Source of the DNA: an uncultured bacterium
GTDB taxonomy: Bacteria; Patescibacteriota; Minisyncoccia; Phycocordibacterales; GWA1-40-21
Assembly (NCBI GenBank): GCA_963798465.1
Contig: CAWCTC010000001.1
Span: 656,465-720,464, forward strand
Length of the DNA: 64,000 nt
Direction of reading: 5' to 3'
The notes under the pieces were generated by a model. That model was not told where the DNA came from. It made no database searches and saw nothing but the letters and a program-made list of their open reading frames with translations. Each line of letters begins with the position of its first letter. Position 1 is the first letter of the stretch. The translations under genes and the position numbers were made by a program. This document shows positions 8,265 through 16,690 of the stretch, piece by piece.

Positions 8265-8867
8265 TCAAATAGTAAATTTCTTGCAAAAACTTCTTCTATG
8301 TTCGGCACTCAAACCATATTTTGCAATTAAATCACGATGTTTTTTGGTACCATAACCTTTATGAATCTCAAAACAATATTTTGGATATTTTTTGGCGAGT
8401 TTGCACATGAGCGCGTCTCTCCTAACTTTCGCAACAATTGAAGCAAAAGCAATCGCCCTTTCCTTCTCATCACCTTTTATTATCGTCTTTTGGTTTTTAA
8501 ATATTTTTGGAGCTTTGAGTCCGCCATCAAGCAACACCAAACATTCTTTCGGTTTTACTTTAAGTTTTTTCATTCCGCTTTCTATGCAATTTCTAATCGC
8601 TTTACTTAAACCAAGTTTATCAATTTGTTTCGCACTCTGAAAGCAAACAAAAAAATCCACAATTTTTTCTTTTTTTAATTTTTTTAATTTTTTGTCTATT
8701 TCTTCTCTTTTTTCCGGAGTAAGCTTTTTAGAATCTTTTATTTTCCCGAAATTTTTCCCGTCAAAATCTGCCGGCATTTTAAAAGCACCGATTGCAACCG
8801 GCCCAGCAAGCGGACCTCTTCCTACTTCATCGATTCCGATAATATATTTGATGACACTTTTTTTCAC
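8265..8867 (-). CDS. rnhB: Ribonuclease HII
   Basis: 'IGIDEVGRGPLAGPVAIGAF' and 'DSKKLTPEKRE' are typical RNase HII motifs. Confidence 0.9.
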   Translation of the reverse strand: MKKSVIKYIIGIDEVGRGPLAGPVAIGAFKMPADFDGKNFGKIKDSKKLTPEKREEIDKKLKKLKKEKIVDFFVCFQSAKQIDKLGLSKAIRNCIESGMKKLKVKPKECLVLLDGGLKAPKIFKNQKTIIKGDEKERAIAFASIVAKVRRDALMCKLAKKYPKYCFEIHKGYGTKKHRDLIAKYGLSAEHRRSFCKKFTI

Positions 8868-8885
8868 ATTAATATTATATATTAT

Positions 8886-9022
8886 TTACCCGAGAAAATT
8901 TTTACTGATGAAAATGTTATTGATAATATACCAACAATTTTAGTCTATCATTGTCATATTTTATTACCAAACTCTGTTAAATTACATTTTCAATAACATC
9001 AGTAAAAACTTTAACGGGTTAA
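8886..9022 (-). repeat. Family-1 intergenic hairpin element, copy B (18 nt upstream of rnhB ATG)
   Basis: The ends are 'TTACCCGAGAAAATTTTTACTGATGAAAATGTTATTG' and 'CAATAACATCAGTAAAAACTTTAACGGGTTAA'. The ACTGAT/ATCAGT pair covaries with GCTGAT/ATCAGC in copy C. Confidence 0.75.
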
Positions 9023-9026
9023 AAAC

Positions 9027-9064
9027 AAAAGGCGCAAGTTATTTTTTACTTTGCGCCTTTTTTG
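9027..9064 (-). terminator. Rho-independent terminator (GGCGCAA...TTGCGCC + U-run)
   Basis: Minus strand reads 'aaaaaGGCGCAAagtaaaaaataacTTGCGCCttttgttttt'. Confidence 0.55.
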
Positions 9065-9549
9065 TGATTGTTGTAATGAGCCACATGAACAGGATGCTTG
9101 AGAAAAAATTCTTTTCTTTTTATAGCAAACTCCTTTGCGCCTCCATTATAAATATAATGTTTAATGAGACGTTCATGGTCTCTATCTCTACCAAAAAACT
9201 TTGCGGGTCGCACTTATATTCCTCCATGGTCATGACCAAATTTACAATACATGTGCATGCCTGTACAACTTGCCTTCCATTATGACTTCTGGCATATTTC
9301 AAAATCAAAATCTTTTCTCTTTTACTTAAACACACTCCGCTGTATTTAAAATAGTGTTTAAACAGTCTCAATGGATGCAAGAATAAATCCATGTTCATTG
9401 CAATGATGCTCTTCCATTGTTGCACCACGATTAATTACACACAATAACGCAGTTAGAAAGTGCGTACTTAGGTCAGCTATAGTCGTAAGATGTTTTTTCT
9501 GAAAAAACAAAGAGCGGAAAAAACGTACTACATGTTTAAATGTAATCAT
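9064..9549 (-). pseudogene. Hypothetical gene (~160 aa) split over three frames; strong SD
   Basis: Fragments at 9358-9549 and 9120-9428, plus a third-frame tail ('..HERLIKHYIYNGGAKEFAIKRKEFFLKHPVHVAHYNNHKKGAK*'), run to the terminator. SD is 'TGGGGGTGGAtaaagtATG'. Confidence 0.4.
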
Positions 9550-9687
9550 ACTTTATCCACCCCCAAGGCAGAATTTTTTACAACAAATATAAAAGAACGA
9601 TATTCCTTATAATTTTACGACTGCGAATTATAGATGTCAATGAGTTTAATTATTTTATTTTTTGATATACTTAGCTTAACCAATTTT

Positions 9688-12600
9688 ATGGCAAAATTTA
9701 CCCATTTACATACGCATTCTCACTACTCTCTTCTAAACGCACTGCCTCAATTGAAGGAGCTTGTTAAAATGACGAAAGAACTCGGGATGTCATCTCTTGC
9801 TCTTACCGATGCAGGCAATATGTACGGCGCGATTGAGTTTTATCAGACATGCAAAAAAAATGATATCAAGCCAATCCTCGGCGTAGATTTTTATGTCGCA
9901 GCAAGAACTCGCCACGACAAGCAAGGAGGAATAGACAATCGCAGAGCAAGACTCGTTCTTCTCGCAAAAAATAATGCCGGTTATAAAAATCTCATCAAGC
10001 TCGTCACAGATTCATAACTTCGAAGGATTTTATTACAAGCCGAGAATCGACCGCGAACTTATGGAAAAATATTCCGACGGGCTCATCTGCATCATGCCGC
10101 ATTTTTCCGGAGAAATTTCTTATGCATTGAAAAATGGCGACACAGAAAAAGCAAAAGAAATTGTTGAATTGGTATAAAAAAGTTTATGGCGCGGAAAATT
10201 TCTTTTTGGAAATCACGCATCATCCGGAAATCGAAGGACAGATGGAGCTCAAAGAAAAAATAATAAAATTTGCAAAAGAAACAAAGACACCGACTTGTCG
10301 CCGCTCATGATGTTTATTATCTGAAACCTGAAGACAAAGCTGCACGCGACACTCTTGTCCAAGTAAATTCTCATTCCGATTTTTCAGACAGGGCAGATAG
10401 CGGAAGCACAGATGATTTTTCTCTTATTTCTCCGGAAAAAGCTGAAGAATATTTCAAAGACACTCCCGAAGCATTGGAAAATACTCAGAAAATTGCCGAG
10501 GCTGTGCAACATTGAAATAACGTTTCGGCCAAGCCGCTTGGAAATTTCCAAATTACATCGTTGAAAATGGAAATTCTTACGACGAAGAATTGCGAAGGCT
10601 TTCATACGAAGGATTGGAAAAAAGAGGATTGCCACATTCAAAAGAAGTTATAGACAGGCTCGAATATGAATTGAAAGTCATTCAAGATAAAGGCTATGCG
10701 CAATACTTTCTTGTCGTTTACCGATCTTCTCAAATTTTCAGAAGAAAATGAATATTTATACGAACATCAGAGGTTCCGTCGCAGGCTCTCTCGTCACTTA
10801 TGTCACAGGAATTACAAAAGTAAATCCGATTGAATACAAGCTTCCGTTTGAAAGATTTTTGAATCCTGAAAGGCCTTCCGCTCCCGATATCGATATGGAC
10901 TATGCCGACAACAGGCGCGATGAAGTCATCAATTATGCCAGAGAAAAATATGGAAAAGAAAATGTCGCGCAGATCGGAACTTTCGGAACAATGATGGCTC
11001 GCGGAGCTTGCAGAGATGTTGCGCGCGCAATGGGTTATCCTCTCGTTCTTGCAGACAAGATTGCAAAACTCGTGCCGATGGGTTCGCAAGGTTTTCCGAT
11101 GACGATCAAAAAAGCTCTGGCGGAAGTTGCTGAATTGAAAGAAATGTATAAAAATGACAAAGACACGAAAGCAATTATAGACATGGCGAAAAAAATAGAA
11201 GGTTGTGCACGACACATTTCCGTTCACGCAGCCGGAGTCGTCATTGCGCCTACTCCGCTCACAGATTACACTCCGCTTCAATATGATCCAAAAGGCGAAG
11301 GGAAAATCATCACTCAATATGATATGCACGCAGTCGGCGAAGATGGTGTCGGACTTTTGAAATTTGATTTTCTCGGAATTAAAAATCTTTCCATCCTTGC
11401 CGATGCGGTAAAACGCGTGAAAAAAATAGAAAATATAGATTTGGACATTGAAGAAATTCCGCTCGATGACAAACTCACTTTTGATCTTGCTCTCACGAGG
11501 AGAAACGACCGGGCTTTTCCAATTGAACGGCTCCGGCATGACAAAATATTTGAAAGATTTGAAACCGACGACTATCCACGATATCAACGCGATGGTCGCA
11601 CTTTACCGTCCAGGTCCGATTGAACTCATTCCGGAATATATCGAAAGAAAACACAATCAGAAAAAAATAAAATATTTCGATCCGAGAATGAAAGAATATC
11701 TCGATCTTTCTTACGGGCTTATCGTGTATCAAGATGACGTCATGCTGACGGCTATCAAGCTTGCCGGATATTCCTGGCTTGAAGCGGACAAACTCAGAAA
11801 AGCCATGGGAAAGAAAATCCCAGCGGAAATGGCAGGCGCAGAAAGATAAAATTCTGAAAGGTTTTATCGAACATGGACTGACAGATAAAAAAGCAGATAC
11901 GCTTTGGAAACTCATCGAGCCTTTCGCAGCTTACGGTTTCAATAAAGCTCACGCAGCAAGCTATGGAAGAGTTGCATATCAGACCGCTTACATGAAAGCA
12001 AACTTCCCTGCAATCTATATGTCCGCAGTTCTTACAGCAGACTCTGGCGATGTGGAAAAAATCGGCGAGTTCATCGCAGACTGTAGAAAAATGGGAATTC
12101 CTGTTTTGCCTCCAAGCGTAAACGAAAGCTTCAGCGACTTCACCGTTGTAAAAACTCCCGGAGCAGATGTTCATTCAGTCGGTGAAGATCGCGACAAGAT
12201 TCGCTTCGGACTTACAACAATAAAAAACTTCGGCGAAGAAATTTCAAAAGTTATAATTGAAGAAAGAAAGAAAAATGGAAAATTCACTTCCCTTTCAAAC
12301 TTCTTGGAAAGAATCATCGACCGAAATCTGACAAAAAGATCGCTTGAACCTCTCATAAAAACCGGCGCACTCGACGAATTCGGCGAAAGAGGCCAGATGC
12401 TTGCAAATGCTGAAAATCTTTTAAAATATAATAAAGAGATCGGCAAAAAAGATCAAAATCAAGATTCTCTTTTTGGAATGTTCGACGGCCCATCCGAAGA
12501 TGGAAAAACAAAAGAAGCTTTCACTCTCCTACCAGCACCGGAAGCCACGATGAAAGAAAAACTTTCCTGGGAAAAAGAATTGCTCGGACTTTATATTTCC

Positions 12601-12945
12601 GGACATCCGCTTGATAAATATAAAAGCATTTTGGAAAAACAAAAAATTACAATAAAAAGAATCAAAGGAGATACAGAAAATGTAAAAAGCATCGTTGACG
12701 GCGGACAGCCAATCGGCGGAATCATCGAAGAAGTCCGCGAAATAACGACCAAAAATAACGAGCTTATGGCTTTCATAAAAATTGCAGATTTGACCGGCTC
12801 AATCGACGCAGTAGTTTTTCCAAGGACTTATGCCGAAATGAAAAATGCAATCACGCCGGACAGATGTGTTGCAGTCATTGGAAAAGTTTCTGAAAGAAAT
12901 GGAGAAATAAGTTTGATTATAGATAAACTTAAAATTTTGGAATAA
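9688..12945 (+). pseudogene. dnaE: DNA polymerase III alpha subunit, about 9 frame changes between ~10,000 and ~11,850
   Basis: The PHP domain ('FTHLHTHSHYSLL'), 'EGFYYKPRID', 'RGSVAGSLVTYVTGIT', 'PDIDMDYA', 'GLLKFDFLGIKNL', 'ALYRPGP' and 'YGFNKAHAASYG' are collinear but spread over three frames. The last 1.1 kb is intact. Confidence 0.85.
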
Positions 12946-13071
12946 AGACTCGCTCGAATTCGCCTTTTAAAAACGCACATAAAAATCTGTTGATTTTTTG
13001 TTATGCTCGGCTCGACAGCCTGCGCAATGTTTTTAAAATGTGAATCCTCGCTCGTTGGTGAAAATACAAAA

Positions 13072-13539
13072 TCATTTGTCAACAAATCCTCCAATATATT
13101 TGGTTTCAAATACGCAAATATCATCTTTAAAAATCTTTTCTTCTCCTGAAAAATTATCAACGTCTCCAATAAGATTATTCGTATATTTAAAATTACCTTT
13201 TTCATACAATTTTGGTCCGCGGTATGGCATCTCAATAGTTGCGTTAGATAAAGATTCAACCAAAAAAGGGTAAATTTCTTTTACTTCTACATTTTTATGA
13301 ACAAATCCGTAATAAACCATCATCCAAATTGGTTTATTTTTTAAAAATAAAACTTCTCTGCCACCATAAGGTTCACCACCAAAATAGTTGTCGTGATATT
13401 TGTAATCACCATCTTCAAAAACTATTGTAGTAGAACCATCGGTCTGTTTTTGTTGAATAGATTTATCACCGGAAGCATAAGTCGCTCGGCTAGCTTTAAA
13501 AATAAATTCCTTGAGTTGTTCTTTGTCTAAATTATTCAC
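13072..13539 (-). CDS. Hypothetical protein, DUF5680-like (GTG start)
   Basis: 'ATYASG..DGS..FEDGDYKYHDNYFGGEPYGGREVLF..KPIWMMVYYG' resembles the DUF5680 pattern, recalled from memory rather than searched. Confidence 0.45.
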   Translation of the reverse strand: MNNLDKEQLKEFIFKASRATYASGDKSIQQKQTDGSTTIVFEDGDYKYHDNYFGGEPYGGREVLFLKNKPIWMMVYYGFVHKNVEVKEIYPFLVESLSNATIEMPYRGPKLYEKGNFKYTNNLIGDVDNFSGEEKIFKDDICVFETKYIGGFVDK

Positions 13540-13564
13540 GGCAATATTGTATCATATAATCAAT

Positions 13565-13593
13565 TTGACATCACAAACTCAATTGACTATTAT
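13565..13593 (+). promoter_or_regulatory. Sigma70-type promoter (TTGACA-17 nt-TATTAT) for the thrS leader
   Basis: Hexamers and spacing were read directly from the sequence. Confidence 0.55.
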
Positions 13594-13599
13594 AGACAT

Positions 13600-13730
13600 G
13601 TAGAGATTGGTGGCTACTAACCACATAAAAGCAATTTCTAGGTAAAGAGTTAAAAGCCGGGTGGAACCGCGAGTAGAATCGCCCCGACAAAACACGAGTA
13701 ATCGTTTTTTGTCGGGGCGATTTTGATTTT
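13600..13730 (+). promoter_or_regulatory. T-box riboswitch leader (Thr specifier ACU) with intrinsic terminator
   Basis: 'AGAGA' lies at the Stem I base and a hairpin loop 'CUACUAA' carries ACU. The T-box sequence is 'GCCGGGUGGAACCGCGAG', followed by the terminator 'AUCGCCCCGACAAAA...UUUUGUCGGGGCGAU' plus a U-run, all directly upstream of thrS. Confidence 0.8.
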
Positions 13731-13832
13731 TGAGCTACAAAAATCATGTCGAAAGAATTTTTTAAATACGAAGTATTTTAAAAATTTTTTGACTATTTTT
13801 TAAGAAAAATTTATTAGAATAATTATATAAAA

Positions 13833-15575
13833 ATGGAAAACGAAAAATTACACAGAATGAGACATTCACTTGCACACCTTCTCGGTGCTGCAGTCAAAGA
13901 ATTATATCCGGATGCAAAAATTGCTACAGGACCAGCAATTGAAAATGGTTTTTATTATGACTTTGATTTTTCCGCTCCAATCACAGATAAAGACCTCGGA
14001 AAGATTGAACAGAAAATGAGAGAACTCGTAAAAAAGATTAAATCTTTTGATAAAGCTGAAATTTCTAAAAAGGACGCAGAAAAACTTTTTGCCGGAAATC
14101 CTTACAAACTTGAGCTCATTGAAGAATATTCAAAAGAAGGAAAAACTCTCACAACTTACACTTCGGGAGATTTTACAGACCTTTGTGCCGGACCTCATGT
14201 TGAGTCTATGGATGAAATAAAAAATGTCGCATGGAAGCTTGAAAGAGTTGCCGGGGCTTACTGGAAAGGCAATGAAGATAACAAAATGCTCACAAGAATT
14301 TATGGTTTGGCTTTTGAAACAAAAGATGAACTTGATGCATATTTAAAAAGAATTGAGGAAGCAAAAGCCCGTGATCACAAAAAACTTGGAAAAGAGCTTG
14401 GGCTTTTTGTATTTTCAGATCTTGTTGGTCCAGGACTTCCACTTTACACATTCAAGGGCGCAATTGTCAGACGAGAAATTATAAATTACTCAAATGAATT
14501 GCAAAAAACAATCGGTTATCAAGAAGTTCATACTCCAAATATAAACAAGGGTGAATTATTCAAAGTTTCAGGTCATTATGAAAAATATCTTGGAAGTATG
14601 TTAAAGGTTTTTTCAAATTTTTCAAAAGAAGAATATTTCTTGAAACCTATGAATTGCCCACAGCACACGCAGATTTATGCTTCTGAAGGAAGAAGTTACA
14701 GAGATTTACCTATCAGAATTGCTGATTTTGCAAACCTTTACAGAGATGAAAAACCTGGAGAATTGAATGGACTTACAAGATTGAAGTGTTTTTGCCAAGA
14801 TGACGGTCACGCTTTCTGCAGAGAAGACCAGATAAAAGATGAATTCGTAAATGTTTTGGAAATAATCAAAAAAGCTCTTGCAACTTATAAAATGGAATAC
14901 ACCATCCGTCTTTCGCTTTGGGATCCAGCAAAACCGGAAAAATATTTGGGCGGAGCGGAAGTTTGGGACAAATCACAAAAAATACTTGAAGATATTCTTA
15001 TAGAAAATAAAATTGAATATGTAAAAGCTGTCGGCGAGGCTGCCATCTATGGACCAAAAATGGATATAGTTACAAAAGATTCTCTTGGAAGAGAATGGCA
15101 GATTTCTACGATACAACTAGACCTTATAATGCCTGAGAGATTTAAACTTACATACACAGATAAAGATGGGCAACAAAAAACTCCTATGATGATTCATAGA
15201 GCTATTATCGGAAGCCCGGAAAGATTTATGGGAATACTTATTGAACATTATTCTGGAAACTTCCCCCTTTGGCTCGCTCCAGTTCAAGTAAAAATAATTC
15301 CAATCAGAGAAAATCATAACGAGCACGCGGAAAAAATTGCAAAAGAATTAAAAACTCTAGATTTCAGAGTTGATTGCGATACAAAAGAAGGAAACATGGG
15401 AGGAAAAGTCCGTGATGCAAAAAATATGAAAATTCCTTACACAATAATTATCGGCGACAAAGATATCGAAGCAAAAAAGATTTCTGTCGAATCTCGCGAC
15501 AAAGGCCAGCTCGGACAAATGGATTTGAAAGATTTTATTGAAAAAATTGAGAAGGAAAGAAAAAATAGAGAGTAA
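13833..15575 (+). CDS. thrS: Threonine--tRNA ligase (no N-terminal TGS domain)
   Basis: Starts in the second additional/editing-type region ('HRMRHSLAHLLGAAV'). Class II core motifs are present ('FLKPMNCPQH', 'YRDE..G.L.GL.RL', 'HRAIIGSPERF'), as is an anticodon-binding C-terminus. Confidence 0.92.
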   Translation: MENEKLHRMRHSLAHLLGAAVKELYPDAKIATGPAIENGFYYDFDFSAPITDKDLGKIEQKMRELVKKIKSFDKAEISKKDAEKLFAGNPYKLELIEEYSKEGKTLTTYTSGDFTDLCAGPHVESMDEIKNVAWKLERVAGAYWKGNEDNKMLTRIYGLAFETKDELDAYLKRIEEAKARDHKKLGKELGLFVFSDLVGPGLPLYTFKGAIVRREIINYSNELQKTIGYQEVHTPNINKGELFKVSGHYEKYLGSMLKVFSNFSKEEYFLKPMNCPQHTQIYASEGRSYRDLPIRIADFANLYRDEKPGELNGLTRLKCFCQDDGHAFCREDQIKDEFVNVLEIIKKALATYKMEYTIRLSLWDPAKPEKYLGGAEVWDKSQKILEDILIENKIEYVKAVGEAAIYGPKMDIVTKDSLGREWQISTIQLDLIMPERFKLTYTDKDGQQKTPMMIHRAIIGSPERFMGILIEHYSGNFPLWLAPVQVKIIPIRENHNEHAEKIAKELKTLDFRVDCDTKEGNMGGKVRDAKNMKIPYTIIIGDKDIEAKKISVESRDKGQLGQMDLKDFIEKIEKERKNRE

Positions 15576-15580
15576 TTATT

Positions 15581-15616
15581 AAAAAAACCGCGCTGTAAAA
15601 GCGCGGTTTTTTTTTT
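15581..15616. terminator. Bidirectional terminator (ACCGCGC-TGTAAAA-GCGCGGT) between thrS and the 154-aa gene
   Basis: A/T runs flank both sides of the stem. Confidence 0.7.
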
Positions 15617-16079
15617 AAAATAAATCAAAGTGAAAAATACTTCTGAACTTGTCTTTTATTAATGTTTGATTAAATGCGGCATGAATCTCATCCATATCAG
15701 TGACCCTCATGAAATCACATTCCTCGTGCAAGCCTCTGATTTCCTCCCGCATAGAATACGGATTTTTTATCATCAGACATAGTGCAACAATTAATCCTTT
15801 TTCATATCCTCTCAAAATCCAGCCAACCAAATAATGAACATAGCCAATAATCCAAAATATAATTTCACGGATCATGTCAAATATCATTTGGTTAACGCTA
15901 GCTACAAAACCTGCCAAGAGCAAAAGGATAATTAATATAATGAGAAGAAAGTCTGGATAATTTTTAAAAAGGCTTAAAACCTCTGGCTCCGAGATAAGAA
16001 CAATTTCTGCAAATACAACAGAGACAAAAACTGCCAAACGAAAAATTATTTCAACAACCATATCAAAGAATTCACTCAT
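15615..16079 (-). CDS. Hypothetical multi-pass membrane protein (start moved to MSEFFDM; strong SD)
   Basis: The internal ATG at 16079 is preceded by 'TTGGGGGTGGAaaATG'. Several hydrophobic helices are present. Confidence 0.55.
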   Translation of the reverse strand: MSEFFDMVVEIIFRLAVFVSVVFAEIVLISEPEVLSLFKNYPDFLLIILIILLLLAGFVASVNQMIFDMIREIIFWIIGYVHYLVGWILRGYEKGLIVALCLMIKNPYSMREEIRGLHEECDFMRVTDMDEIHAAFNQTLIKDKFRSIFHFDLF

Positions 16080-16188
16080 TTTCCACCCCCAATTTTTTAT
16101 TTTAAAAGCAACAAATCTAATCACAATGCTAGCATGAAAAAATAAAAAACAAAACCGCCTTTTTATGGACGGTTTTTGTTTAAAACAT

Positions 16189-16443
16189 TTAGAAATGGCT
16201 GTAGTTTGTTTTTAGATACCGCAAATAATCTTTTTTATAGATTAAAACCAGTATTATCTGCAATATCACAAAAAAAATTAACCATAAAGCCGCCGCTATC
16301 AGCAATATGATTGCCAATATAAACGGGGTCGTTTCTATGTGTAAAATTAACACACAAAAGGCAAGAAAGACGACTGAAATAATAAAACTGATAACTTTAA
16401 TCCACTCATTCAACGCCTCGAATTTCAAAAAAAGTTTGAACAT
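16189..16443 (-). CDS. Hypothetical small membrane protein (84 aa; strong SD)
   Basis: 'AAGGGAGGTGAtatatccATG' precedes the ORF, which has two or three TM helices. Confidence 0.55.
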   Translation of the reverse strand: MFKLFLKFEALNEWIKVISFIISVVFLAFCVLILHIETTPFILAIILLIAAALWLIFFVILQIILVLIYKKDYLRYLKTNYSHF

Positions 16444-16510
16444 GGATATATCACCTCCCTTTTTTTATAATGAACGATTTTTAAATATGTTAGCACAAAA
16501 AGGCAAAATT

Positions 16511-16541
16511 AAAAGGGCGGCCGCTTCGCGGCCGCCCTTTT
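16511..16541. terminator. GC-rich NotI-containing hairpin (GGGCGGCCGC-TTC-GCGGCCGCCC)
   Basis: Perfect palindromic arms flanked by AAAA/TTTT. Confidence 0.65.
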
Positions 16542-16560
16542 AATTTTGCTTTTATCGTAG

Positions 16561-16648
16561 ATCGATTCGCGAAAGTGTAATCACTTAAGTGAAGCGAGTC
16601 GTGCATAGTAGTCCGCGGAGGCGGACACTTATAACGAAAAGAAAACCT
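16561..16648 (-). repeat. Family-4 ~85-nt repeat, copy 1
   Basis: 'ATCGATTCGCGAA..GAAGCGAGTCGTG..GTCCGCGGAGGCGGACACTT..CG.AAAGAAAACCT' is shared with 45190-45272. Confidence 0.7.
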
Positions 16649-16690
16649 GGCATTTTAAAAGCCGTCTTGAAACGGCTTTTAAAATTTTTC

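Noticed and set aside
10730-11587. 285-aa minus-strand ORF inside dnaE, and many plus-strand ORFs inside smc, pheT, secA and rpsB.
   Set aside because: They are antisense to genes with clear homology-type motifs and their composition is typical of shadow frames in AT-rich DNA. The apparent length comes from stop-codon-poor antisense frames.
9688-12945. The broken smc/dnaE/gyrB/secA ORFs might reflect an alternative genetic code (UGA or UAG reassignment, as in some CPR lineages).
   Set aside because: Consecutive fragments lie in different reading frames, not in the same frame separated by a stop. Many long ORFs (pheT, thrS, gatB, the 710-aa and 657-aa genes) are intact under the standard bacterial code.
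12828-13259. 143-aa minus-strand ORF spanning the dnaE 3' end and the GC-rich repeat region.
   Set aside because: It overlaps the dnaE C-terminus and the DUF5680-like gene in other frames, and its translation runs through repeat modules. It is most likely spurious.
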